The notes beneath the pieces were generated by a model, which was given only the letters and a program-made list of their open reading frames with translations, did no database searches and was not told the origin of the DNA. From contig JAQGDQ010000006.1 in assembly GCA_030141605.1 (NCBI GenBank), forward strand, positions 1 to 64,000: a stretch of 64,000 nucleotides of DNA, given 5' to 3'. This DNA is from Tubiluchus corallicola (Eukaryota > Animalia > Priapulida). Below are positions 33,228 through 46,400 of the stretch, piece after piece; position 1 is the stretch's first letter; the number at the start of each line of letters is the position of its first letter. Position numbers and translations under genes: made by a program.

Positions 33228-34404
33228 AGACTCGTCTAACAGCAACAGCAAGTCCATTTTGGTAACCACGAAAATACATTTTTGTTTAATAGTGGACAGA
33301 CTAATCTGATTTTGACAAAAAGGTCACCAAGTAATCATTTAGAATATATGTACTTATTAGGTATAGGCAAAATTAGCTAAGAAAAAACATATTTTTCGTG
33401 GATATACGCTTCCATGGATATAGTTTCCACATTGGACCACACAGTACGTCACTATAATTACTATAACCTTTAACACTCGAGTTCCTTCCTGACACCAATA
33501 AGTTTTTAGTACTTCAATTTACTGCGACGCGTAAATAATTTCGACGGACACGAAGGACAATAGTCAAAGTAAATCTTGTCGATTCAAATTATTGTTTTAT
33601 TTGTTAAGTTAAAGTTTTGTACAAGTTGCGAATCGCACCCGCTCTACTAACCTAAAAATTTGTTGTCGCAAAAGCTAAATTGCCACTATATTAAATTCAT
33701 TTTAGCAGGAATTGAATGCTAAAATTATAATGTACGTGATGAAATTCGTTTCTGCATAAATTTGGTTATTTTGTCTTGCAGTTGCTGGAGCCAATGAGAT
33801 AATTCAAGTCCTTTACAATATTATGCACGAAGTATTTTTGTCTCGCGTAGGACGATAATACAAGCGGAGGTCTCTATTGTCAACAGGTGTTTGTAATTGC
33901 ATCACACTGAATTGGTCCGTAGTGTTTTATGACATCTACAAATCAAACCGCCAGTCGATTTGGACAATTTATGGAGGCACAGAAGGACAGTCTGATCAAA
34001 TACGCGCACGGCTTTTAAAACAACCAAATAAAACTATGCGTTTTATTGCAAGCCACCTTGGTCTACCTTGTGTTGGGCTTATTGTCTCTAAGTACGCATA
34101 ATCTCCTTTATGTATTAAGCATTTAAGTAAAAGTGCATCTGCGGCTTTACGAGTCTCTGGGGAGTGTGCGCATGTCCCTCTGAATAAAAACTGTAAAGAT
34201 TAAATGTCCCATTGGCCAGAATTGTTGCTTCTGTGCGAAAGACACTGCCAATTTGACTTTAATCAGTTAGTTACAAAGGCTTGCCGAAATAACTTATTGC
34301 ACGTCATAATAAAGGTTATTCAAGCCTTTATAAAGTTTCGTATGTTCCTTACGAGGAAAATAGCCGAACCAAGCGTATTGATAACTAATGCAAGAAAATA
34401 CTAG

Positions 34405-34681
34405 GCCACTATAAATGTTAAAGAATTTAAGAAACTCCTTAAGACACATATGTTTCAGCAAGTATTTGTGTAATTTTAATAGTTTATCATTGTATGCAAA
34501 AACACTTTACTAGTGTGATCATGTAATTTTTACTGATGATTTTTCCTATGATTCTTTGCTTCCAATGATATTTTAAAGTGATTTTTAGATTCTCGGTGAT
34601 TTTCTTTTATTTTGTCCAGCACCATTGATAATATTATAATATTGTGATGAGTGCTTATAAATAATAAACTGTAAACTGTAG
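34405..34681 (+). mobile_element. L2-like LINE 3' end (ORF2 C-terminus, 3' UTR and short tail repeat)
   Basis: NVKEFKKLLKTHMFQQVFV*, then tgtccagcac...gtgcttataaataataaactgtaaactgta, resembling the L2 3' stem-loop and tail. Confidence 0.6.
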
Positions 34682-35054
34682 ACTAGTAATGATGAAATAA
34701 TACTTAATTTTGTACAAGGATAACTTTTCTATGAAAGATATCCTCAAAACTATTTCGGCATATATGATATAATACATTACTGTAAACATGCTAGCAGCTG
34801 TTTTACAGTAATGTTAATTTTCTTCCCAGAAAAGTTGCAAGGTACTGATGCATGTCCAGAATGAGACACCACCCTCTATTTGGAAACGTGTTGGATAAAT
34901 ACGAAACCCGCGGCGCATGTAATACAGACAATATAGTATGGTATTCAGCAACGTGTGAGTCTTTTCAAAAGCCTTTAGTGGACGTTAGTTTTTGAAACTA
35001 CTTGTCGAGTGGTTAAGCATTTATTGACACTGCCTTCAAAGGAAAACTGCTTAC

Positions 35055-35254
35055 TTGATAGAGAAACTACATCACCTGTAATGGTTGTGTCGTTGGCAGG
35101 ATTAGATTGTAAAAGCTGTTTCTGTCGGCGTCTATGACGTTTACCACTGCAGTGAGCTATGGCCTGCTTACACGAGTTCAAATCTGTATTGCAGATATAG
35201 CAATAGTGGTAAAATTTGGGCCTTGGTGGAGAGAGTGGCTGTTGGGCAAATTTT
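35055..35254 (-). CDS. ZNF385/ZMAT/JAZ-like gene, coding exon 2: first matrin-type C2H2 finger
   Basis: tttttttcag acceptor (phase 2), a|gtaagc donor (phase 1; alternative phase-1 donor ~35076); YCYICNTDLNSCKQAIAHCSGKRHRRRQ. Confidence 0.88.
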
Positions 35255-35329
35255 CTGAAAAAAAAATTTTTTTGTAAGTCTTAACTTTGAATATAAACAC
35301 ATTAAATAACAATTTCGATAACATTGTTT

Positions 35330-35404
35330 CATCATCATTATATTATCATTACCATCATGATCATGATCATGATCATTATTTTTGTCATCTTTATCACCAT
35401 CATT

Positions 35405-35444
<40 letters not shown>

Positions 35445-35465
35445 GGATCTTCATCATTATCATCC
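35330..35465. repeat. (ATC)n / (ATCATG)n microsatellite, intronic
   Basis: Direct reading. Confidence 0.93.
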
Positions 35466-38352
35466 TCTACATCGTCAGTAGCAGCATCCAAATTCCACCA
35501 ATGAACTTAATCTTCGTTATTAGCATCAAGAGCAACAACAAACAATATTATTTGCAGCTATTGCAGCAAAAGCAGCATCATTATAACATGTAATTAATAT
35601 CATCGTAACCATAATTTCAATGTTAAATTCTCAAACATAATTTGAAAAGGCGCGATTTTTATTTTTTAGTTATTCCTAAACCGATGTATGGAGCTGTAAA
35701 AAAACTGTGTACGTTGTCAGGCAAATTTTGTCATTTTCTCTGTAGCTCGATCTAAAAACTATAAGAAATCAACTGGTCCACTAGTGGTAATCATTTCTGT
35801 TCTGAGCGAAAGATGGATACAAGAAGGTGAGAGGAAAAAGAACAAAGATGATGATAATGATGGTGCTGCTGCATCATCTTGTCAAGTATAATTGCTAACT
35901 AAATCATTTTGCTAATGATATTATGATTTAATATGATCTTATTGGTCGCTCTATCTAGTTACACTCTTAGTTTTACTTGAAAGGAGAAACATGTTGTTCT
36001 TGGATTTTCCATTTTGGATCCGCCAGGACGTTTACTCAAGTCAACTGACCAAAATTACTTGCTTTAGTATAAAATTGGCACCTTTGACGAGTATCTAAGC
36101 AGAATTTCAGGACAGCAGGCCGACTGCACTTCTGTTTCAATACAATTTGCCCATGCGTGAAAATAAAAGGCATTAGCCTGGACGCACAATAAGTTTGACC
36201 ATGGAAACCAAAGGGCTTGACCAATTCCCACTGGTCAACAGCTGCACAAAGTAGGTCATTTCTTTATTAACAAAAGATGTTCTTACAAATAAGAAAAGCA
36301 GAGCTCAAAAACGCCAGATTAGTTGGTATACTTCAGATCCCAGAGCTGGCCTCGGTTTTGGCCACCCAGTAGAACATTAGGAAACAAAACTTCCGTTAAA
36401 AATCCACTCAAAGAAACATGATTCAAAGCACTTTTTTCAATGGTAAGCATCAATCCAGCTCACAGCGAAAGTTAATAATAGTGTTGCTCTGATTGTGCGC
36501 TCTGATGTCGTGTCGCTGCCGCAACCACTGCCGCCACTGCTACCAGCACCATAACCACCATCACCAGTAGCAGCTGTGTTATCGTTAATGATCTCAGAAT
36601 TATAATCATCATTCGTCATTATTGACAAATAACGTCAAAAAGTCATCTTTATTAATATGATTCTACAAAAATAAACACACTGACGAAAAGTTGTACAATC
36701 AGTTAAATTTTATCTTTCTTTCTAATGCTGTATTAATTGAATAACAATGTCTTTAGAGATAATAACCTGATCACTTGACTCTTTTCAACCTTCATGCCTT
36801 GTTTGGCATTTACTTAAAAAACTGTGACACCACCCTTACTGTTTATACGTAAGCATAAAGAGAGCGAAAAATGTAGAGAAAAGTAATTAATTACAGTTTG
36901 GTTAAAAAACTTGGCCAGGAGGGTGGCCGAGAAAGTGATAATCAGTCACTGGTTAACTTGAAAAATCGAAAGTGAAATACGGCGCATGCAAGTTGTGCCA
37001 GACGTTTCTAAAACCATTTCCTTATAGCTAAGGGCCATACAGCAATATAGCGATAAAAACTTGCTGCAGTAGTTCACGTATTATCATTACAATTGTGGAA
37101 CGTGTACATAGAATTCTGTGAAATATTTTTGTATTTTCATCAGCACAACTGCCAATTGTTCTGGTACGAGTTGTAAAGTTCACAAGCTATACATGAAGGT
37201 GACTGCAGTTGCAAGGAAACGTACGTCAATGTTATCTCACGTTATGTTTTCGACTCAGTAATCAAAAATATAAAACCTGGAAATACAATTTTCTTAATTC
37301 TTAACGAGTTTTATAATAATAATGTTGCTCATACATTGCATTGTTAAAATGGATGTTTTTACAAGCAAGTTTAATAAACAAAACATGTTTTATGTGGTTG
37401 GTAATGAGCTTATGCATAAAGACTGACAAATAAACGTCAAACTGGTATAAACTCCTGACGATGAGGAAGTGAACTAACTAAATCACAATAGTTAAAGTGG
37501 ATTAAAACAGCAAAAACTGCAACGTGTAATTTGTGTGAGGCCGCGTGTAGCTAGGAACCATGTCGTTTAACACAAATAAATATAAGTCAAGGTAAATTCG
37601 GACATCCCGTAGTAAAGAACTCATGATCAATGGAAATGCATTTTGACATTGCTGTTCAGAGTTTTTGTTGAACAACGACGTTGACAACAATAAAGAAGCT
37701 CAGAGGCCGCACAGTTATCATTTAAACGAGTTAGATCCCCTGATGTGGGCTACTGCCTGTTTTAATAATGTATGTTATAATGATGTTAAATCGATTTTTA
37801 AGGTTTTACAGTTTTAGGTAGTCTATTTACCAATATATACATGTACTAACAAAATCAGGACTTTGGGAAGATAAAACATTTAACGAATTTGCGAGGAGAG
37901 TCTCCGGAGCAACATGAATCAGTCTCAAAACAGTTCTAAGCAATGATGTAGCAATAAAACTTAATACAGAGGATTAAGACCCTTTTTTCTTTGCAACTAA
38001 TCTTTGTCGGTGCTTTATTTTCTCTGGTGATGAACATGATGTGAACTGGTTGATTCTTTTATTGTTTTGCTCCATGTATTGAGTGCGCTATACGTCACTC
38101 ATCTGGACGTTTTTCTGTTGATGAATATCTGACATTGTTCTGCTATTTAATTTTTTAATATGAAAAATCTATGGAGTAATAACTTAAAAAGTACTAAAAC
38201 TATAAACTTATAATTTTCGCAGCCAAAAGCTAATGTATTGTAATATCATACTGCGAAGATTCAACTTTGTAGACCACTCGCTTCTTATATTGTTGCAATC
38301 TAAACTTTGGCCACCAAAATTATACTTTATATATTAAGTGTGAAAAAAGATG

Positions 38353-38383
<31 letters not shown>

Positions 38384-39029
38384 AATTTTTTTCTCACATG
38401 TTACTTTACATGTAATAAGGCGAGTACACTGTACTCTTTCGTAGCGCGAGTAGTGCTGTTTATACCGTTATGTGATTGTTTAGGTGCAATAGGTAGAGCA
38501 AAACTGATATAACAGCCCAAAAGTGACAAGAAAGCTGAACGTCTGCGGAAATCAAAATATTTAAGCGAATTTCCCAGTTTTCTTATTAGATTTCAGTGAA
38601 GTTCCAGTGCTAAGCAAACCCTTCCTTTCCTGTAGGCTTACCCCATGCGCACGGACGCACATAGTTGAATGCATGAACCACCCCGGTCAATGACAGAACA
38701 GGTATGAAGATAATTTCAAATCATCAGCAAACATACTGTGTTGGCTTATGTGCTTTATCGCCGGGTTCATAACAGTTAAATGAAGTGTATCACGCTTTTC
38801 ACGTAGACTCATTTAATAAGTTTATATCTGAAACTACAAAACTGTATGCGACAGCATGTGGACTGAAGTGATATGAAATCTCATTCAATTTAGCTGACAA
38901 AGTAAAATAATGTAGATCTCTAATTCAAAAACGAGTGGTATTAGAATGGCCAATGACATATAATCTCGTTAAGCAGGCTTATCCTGGATCGTGTCAAAGT
39001 AATTTGAAACAGTTGTCACAGTTAAAATC

Positions 39030-39710
39030 CCAGATCAATTGTTTTGATTATGCAGTACTAGAGTTAGAAGTTTTAGCTAGCCTAGGCACCGCTTTAGGAT
39101 AATCTTTAGTGGCAATGCTTAACTTGGCATCCTCAAAGTGAAGGTTAAATGAAAGTTCTGAGAGAACGTCCATGTGACACACGTACAAGTCATACGTTTG
39201 AAATTATGCGAATATTATTTAGAGATAAACTAATCTGGCTCCATGTTTTAGAATATACTGGCCACAAGATGCAATTGTGGATTAATTAAGATACTGTTGT
39301 GATGTAAAGACAGTGAGATATGATATGTTTAAGACATTAGTTAGCTAGACTGCAGGACATGGATTGGCGTAAATTCCATTTTGAATAATCCAGGACATGG
39401 GGTGTAGTAGGATCCCATTTTTGACCGTTGCGAGATCTCAGCCAAGTGACGGCTTTCGGATATGGTATGGGCTTACCTAAACCTCCCTGTCAAGTAAGTG
39501 AAGTAAGTCAATCAGCCTCCAAGTCACCTAGTTTGATCAGTAAATGCATGAGTAACAGTCAGGAAATCGCTTCTAGGATTATCACCTGCCACATTAGTTC
39601 AGGCTGTTTTTCTGTTTTAGAGGCATAGCTAAGACATCTTTGTTAATACATTAGCTCAACAATCTTGGAGAATAGTAATTGATAATACAGTGTAGTGAGA
39701 TACCGGCCTT
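39030..39710 (-). pseudogene. Highly decayed LINE reverse-transcriptase relic
   Basis: Fragmentary motifs in RT order across frames: RPVS, LFSKIVELM, SWLRSR, QNGI, LHFEDAKLSI (FADD-like). Confidence 0.4.
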
Positions 39711-40295
39711 GCCACAGTCATCAACATAATAAGAGCTTGAACCGTTATAAGTGCTGGATAATGGATATCTACTTGCAGTATGCCGAACTATGTAAAATGC
39801 TTTTTTATTCATGGCATTGATTGTTGGTAATTTCTATACATATATAATACGGTTTTGCATCGAAAATGCCCCATTATAAATATCTTGAACACCAAATAAA
39901 GGTTCGTAATAAATTTCAGGATACAGAAAGAACACTACAGAACAATGTACTACACTACAGGTTAAAACTGTGAAACATTGTTTTAATTGATGAGACCTTG
40001 ATGCATTCATAAAACTTATATCAAGCAATAAGTAAAGCCTGAAAGAAAAAGCAGAGAATCATGTTCACATCATAGGAATGTAGAAAACTGTGTTTGGATA
40101 AAATATTCTAATGAGAGTATTTGATTTTCATTTTTTTCATATTAAGAGAAAAAATTTAAGATTAAAATTTAAATTCGTGACTAGTTATCAACATAAAGTA
40201 TAAAGGTGTAAAAGGACAAAATAAATTTTCTACTTATATACCATCTGCAAACTTTTTTGGTTGTTGAAGCTAAATATGTCATTTATATAACTCAC

Positions 40296-40492
40296 CCTTC
40301 TGGTGGAGGATATCCCAAAGTTGGCTGTTGATTTTGTAAACACTGACTTTGCATATATGATGCGTTTACAGGCGGAATTGATGTATTAACTGTTGGCATC
40401 TGACTTGGCACCATAGCATTTTCCTGTGGCATATAATATGCCTGGCCGCCAGTATAAAACACATGAGAAACAATTGGTCCTGCTACGACCAT
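40296..40492 (-). CDS. ZNF385/ZMAT/JAZ-like gene, first coding exon (MVVAGPIVSHVFYTGGQAYYMPQ...YPPPE)
   Basis: ATG in aatATGG context; gg|gtgagt donor in phase 2 matches the exon-2 phase; Q/P/Y-rich composition like exon 3. Confidence 0.78.
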
Positions 40493-43400
40493 ATTGACGT
40501 TTTTGTTCGAAGAATCTGTTGAGAAAATTGTTGCGATACTTAATTTTTTGAAGGCAATTATTGATCAACAATAGTCACTACAATCCTCTTCAAAAGCACA
40601 TATTCATTTCTGTTCGAAGGTTTTTAATAGCAGTCGCAATTTTTTCTTCCACTTAAGTATATCTAATGTTCGATCCAAGCTGTCATATCGCAGTTATGTG
40701 TACCATAATCAAATCTCTGGCAAATAATCAGTTCTCGCACTTCAGAACAATAAAGTCTAGTAAACCAAATCAACAGATCAGTTGATGAGTATTTTGCCAG
40801 GTGCGTTGTCATAGTCACTTTCACTCTCTACTTGAATGTTCGCTCACGACTACTGAACTACTGACTACATCGCTAAACGGGTGAGTGCTTCCCACAGTTA
40901 CACCCTTTTTCTCACAGTTACCAGTGTGATACATATTGGGTAGCCACTGTAACCGCCTAGCAGCAGAATTCGGGAATGGTCCAGAAAGAGGAAACGTAAA
41001 TACGATAGCTGCGTTCAGTTAATGATAGGTTTCGGGATTGTTAGTGCGTTAAAAAATGTCGATTTCCTCTGTCGTGAATCCAAATAGATTACTGCACACA
41101 GTTAATGATTTTTCTGCCTGGGCGCATCTTTCTGTACCCATCTGTGAATTACAACAGCCGTGTAGCAAGTCATCGGGTGATCACTTGTGTCACCACAAAA
41201 GGCTCTCCAACCAAACCGGGTCGTCCATCAAGGACGGCTCCTTTCACCCATTTGATTAGGTATTATGTGCTCCGAATTGCTTGTGCTTTGTAACAAATAA
41301 TTATGCATAGTCCACATACATACCACGCCGGCCCTTTACAAAAGAGCGTCTCTTATTCCAAAAGTTATTCTGCCGTCACAGATATTGCTTACCTGTATAC
41401 TAGCTGAATCTATCTGGACCAAATCTGGATTGCTTATTACTTAAGGTGATTCAGTAGCACAATTAGTAGCTTAATACCAAGTTTGAAATGAGTCTTGCTG
41501 GATTATCTTATAAAAGTAGGTCTGATGTGCTGTTGTTGTTCAGGTACGTACATGTGGCAACTTGCAATTTAGGTTTCGGGCTTTTGAATAGCTACGACGA
41601 AAAAAAATCGAAGCAGCGTGTCACTATAACATTTGCGGTTGTAAGCGTTTTTCGCAGATAGCTGTTGATTATTTAATAATGAATTTCATCAATATTATCA
41701 CTGTTGGGGTACTGCAGCTTAATTTTGGTTTTCTCCAAACCATAGTTTTGATGTGAAATTGTTTACCAACTTTCTATTTTTACTTTGATTATAATCACAA
41801 CAGCTTAAAGGGAGCATTAACAAATATTTTATCCGACCTTTCCATCATGGCAAATTCTTGAAAGAAACATCTTTATCCCTAATTTTATACTAACAAATCT
41901 CTGTTTGTTTTATTTTGCCAGATATTGTATTGTTGAAAGTATTTTTTAAACTGTAAATAATAAAAGAACTATTAATAAATATCCAGATCTATGTATATGT
42001 GTTTCTATGCGTTTCAGAGTACACTGTAATGTACTTTGTAATGGTTAGCATTGCAGACGGTCTTGTGTTCAAGTCCCAGTGGAAGTGCAACATTTTAGAA
42101 AATTTTCTAATTTAGTATTATTTTCCTGCGTTTACGTTATTTAGAAAAAATTTCATTATTTACAGTTGTAGTCTTGACAATGGCAAGATTTGAAATCCTA
42201 CCGGACTATTTTGCACCTATTTTTATAGTCTGTTAAAATACGATTACGCTTACGGATCCTTAAAAATTTATTATATTTTTTGGTGTTTAAAAAGAGCGCC
42301 TTGTGCTCTTTCTTCTATTTTGAAATTCGCACGTTTCTGAATTGTTGACTTTTAATGACGAAGTACGCGCAAGAAAATCGTTAAGGTGATTATAATCATG
42401 CAATTCAAGAATTATTGTAGATCAGCAAACACAAAATTTTTCACGAAATTATAGAAGAACGCCCAATTAAAGGCATAAGAAGCTAGAGCCTTGAGACATG
42501 AGTGCGCATGTTACCCGGATTTTTGTTTTTGTACGAGAAATTCGGTTTCACACGAGAAATTCTGGAGAGAAATTGTCATGGTTTGTGGACGAATTGTTAT
42601 TATTTCTTACAAAAATCTTATCTGGTTATGCTCTGTATCTCTTGTGAGAGTTTTAGTGAAATCAGAAGTTTATTTTGTTTTTCCAAATTTATTCCGAATA
42701 ACTGAAATGGTACTAATTGGCCACTAGCATAACAACAGTTACCCATTTTCAAGTTGTTGGGTTAATAATGTATTGAGCATGCAGATTTTATACTGCTACT
42801 TCTACACGCGGCAGAGCATGCTACAACTTACAAATGCACTACGTATTTAATTAGTTATAGTTCTCACTCTTTAGAGCCATAACTAAAAAATTAATCACCT
42901 TGCGTAGTAATATTATAAACTGCTCTCTTTCAGTATGTACATTACAACAAGTCTTCATAAGTTCAGCCAGGAGCAGTTCTAATCCCTAATTAAGCAGTTA
43001 GACATGTCACATTCCCGAACGGTGAATCATGGCAAACATCCAGAACTGGGAAAACACCAGAATCTTGCTTTGTGCAGACGGTCACGACACGCGCCAAGGT
43101 CCTTTTCAGGGAAAAAATGCAGCTGAGCACTCCGCCCAATATAAATCACTTCCCACGCTGTTAATGGCGCATAACTCGCGTCGTAACATACGTTGTAGAA
43201 GTTCTGAGGAAATTACGGTGTCCTGACAGAAGAAAATTAAAAATGTGTAAATGTTTCGGCTTACATTTTACAGTTCTGTAGATTCTCATTTTCATAGTGA
43301 CAGTAAAACAAAGTTTTAAAATTCCATTTATTTGAATTTTTATTCCAAAAAATATGCCGCCATTTAAAATGGCAAAAAATTGAATAATTTTCTTCCAGCA

Positions 43401-46400
43401 GTGCAGAAGAACTTAATTGGCGAATTATGTTCACAATGGAATACCAAATTTGAATTTTACCATTATATTTATAGTGATTACTGTAATCTCTTGTCATTTT
43501 TGGATACGATAAAACTAACGTTTAATTAAAACTCCTAAGAAGCGCCGTTTTGAATTTTATCTGTGTTTGTTTTGTGAAATTATCCTTCTGAGTTTTCACA
43601 CTTTTCGACAAATTAGGGTCAACAATGGGTGGGAAATGTTTAAGAGCAAACAAGTAACTTGAATCGCTTGAAAAAACGGGGCCAACCTTGAGGAAAGTGA
43701 ACGTGACGTGTTGGTGCAAATGAAAGTTTCGACTGACGAAGTATTTTTGTGAAAAACAGAGAACCACGTAAATTTTTTACAATTCTTTTAATTAAGCACT
43801 AAGATAAATGACCTTTTAAGTAGTTGACACCAGCTTTGATATATTGAAACTACAGGTCACACAGTAGTAAGAAAACTTGTAATTACGAGTCCTTATAAGT
43901 AATGTCGCCTGTTTACAAAGGTGGCCTTGTCGTTACACGTATTTATTAAGTTTTGGCATTTTTATGCACTAAAAGTAGAGATTTGTGCTTTTTAAAATAG
44001 AAAAGGCCAAACGTCAATTGCTCTAGAAAAATTCCCACAGTAATTGCAATTCGCAAGGGTTAAGAATTGCGTGATTTGCAGATTTTCACATCTCTCACTT
44101 CAAACATGAAAGATATAAGCGGGCTAAAATATGAGAAAACGACGAGAGCCACAGCTTTGGAGGTTTCTCACTTAAAATTGCACTCTATATGCCCGTCCTT
44201 TACAATAAATTCAAATTTTTTACAGATTGCGTCATCGATAGAAACTACATAATTCTCATATAAATAAGTCGAACAATAGACAAGCCTGTATAATTGTGTT
44301 CTTCTGTCAATACGAACAAATAAAATGCATGTTAAAAATGCATAAAAAATTAGGAAAAAGTGGAGGTGGCGGCAAGAAGACAGACGAGACAGAATATGAA
44401 GAAAGGGTTAAGAAAAAAGCCATCAGAAATTGGGTAAAGATGGAAGCAAGAAGACAGATTACAGAAGAAAGGAAAGTAGATTTCTGTCTATGTGGACGTA
44501 TTTAAAAAACGCAATATTATTATGCAGTTGTAAAATTCCTCTGAGTTACGTACCATAGTAATAAAGAGTTTTAGTGATAAAACTAATAATTACTGTGATG
44601 TGAGAAACGTAATAAAACCGCTAAAAACATTTACATTGTGTGTGCTGGAATGTAACGGCAAGAGTGATAATTGGTAGTAATAAATCTAGGATATCCCGAC
44701 AAAATCCACAAAATAACTCGCATTTTGTCATGACGTGCTGTAATCAAAAATGATTTATTGTCCTGTCCCCAATAACATGCTCACACAGACGCCATTGATT
44801 TATTTTACATGATTGCCATTCTGGATTCACAAAAAAGAGGAAGAGTGAAACAATAACAATATAGATTGGGCTGTTTCTCTTTCTGCTATTAAACTGAAAG
44901 TGCCTCTTCTACTTTATGCTAATAATTATTGCTTCGATTACAACACAGTTATACCATTTATTTCCCTCATGTTTTTCGAAATTTGTTTCGATCTTGAAAT
45001 TTAAAATAGGAATGAGTAGTATGGAATGTGAAATATTGGTGTTGTCCAACTGCTTGACCGTTCCCCGAATTCCGGTTGTCGTAAAAAATAGAATACGGGG
45101 TAACGTCACAATATTAAAAAACTGATAAATTGTTACATGAACAACGAGAAGGAGAACAGCATCACGGTAAAACAAGCCTCTTTATAGAGTTACTTCGCAG
45201 TTTGAGTTTCCCAGTAGAAATTACTCATAAATGTTGCTAAGTTAAATGTATTTGATAACTTCTACTATCAGCTAAAATAGATTTGGTGATATGCCCGAGG
45301 TATCCTTCAACACAACAAAATCAGGAGTGTAGGCGTAAACTGATTCTGCGCACATAGATCAAACTTTCGTTATGATCATCCAAATTGTGTGCTAAAATAT
45401 TTCAACTATAAATGTGTAGGCTACATTTTGACCTCCCTGTTTTGTAGCAATTGTAAAAGCATGCTTGGCCATTCATTGACGCTTCCGTTATAAACTGAAA
45501 AAGGAGCTTACGTTTTTTCGTACAGTAGAATTATAGTCACCAGTTCAGCCGAGCTACTAATAAAAAACATTTTCTTATGTGTGGTCTTCTGACATGCGCG
45601 TATGCCTGTGTGCTTTCCACACGTTTGTTTGTCCGATAGCCGTTTTGTCGATCCATTCATCCGTGTGGTCAGCACGGTCGTGCAGGGTGAGTGGCCACTG
45701 CCGAGGTCCAGTGAACCTAATGTCAGTAATTATTGTCAATCATGATTCTCATACATGCAGTTCAACCAAGAAAAGCTATCCGGTAAATAAGTGAGAAAAC
45801 AAAATTGGTAAATAGTGTTTACATAGGAGTTAGTTGAACGAAAAATGAACGCCAAAACATTCAATGGGTTTTCTGGATCAGTTGCAATACGAAATATAAC
45901 TTGTGCGCATGCGTTGGACCTGAGAGTATGTTTTGGCGTAGCATTTTCATGTTCCGTTGCTTTCGTTCTGTTTCGTTGCCTTTTGAGCCCAAAAATTTGC
46001 TTTTTTTCCTGCAGCAGTGCACCTCAACACATAGCCGCTAAATTTTTAGATAAAAGACCTAGTCGTGTGCGATCTTTCTCTCTCTCTTCTGTTCTCTCAA
46101 TCTCTTTTTTCTTCTGTATTTTCCGTTCCTCCATACCCCTGGCCTACACGTCTCTAGATGTAGGCAAAGGAGTCCGTAGAGTTTGGATCCTTCTACATCT
46201 TCTCTTTTCCTCTTTTTATGTGTTCGGTTACCTCACTTGCCTGGTAAGATTTTAAAGGATTTTCGTTCTTTCGTTTAAAAATTAATATTCTTCGTTCACA
46301 GATAACTTTGCGTGATTAATACATATGTAATAATTATTAGACAACGCTTAACATAATACTAAAGCAATAACAATAATTAAGATTACTATTAGTTATATTG

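Noticed and set aside
35168-35593. Poly-Asp, poly-His and poly-Ile ORFs
   Set aside because: Intronic (ATC)n repeat; the real exon starts at the 35254 acceptor in another frame
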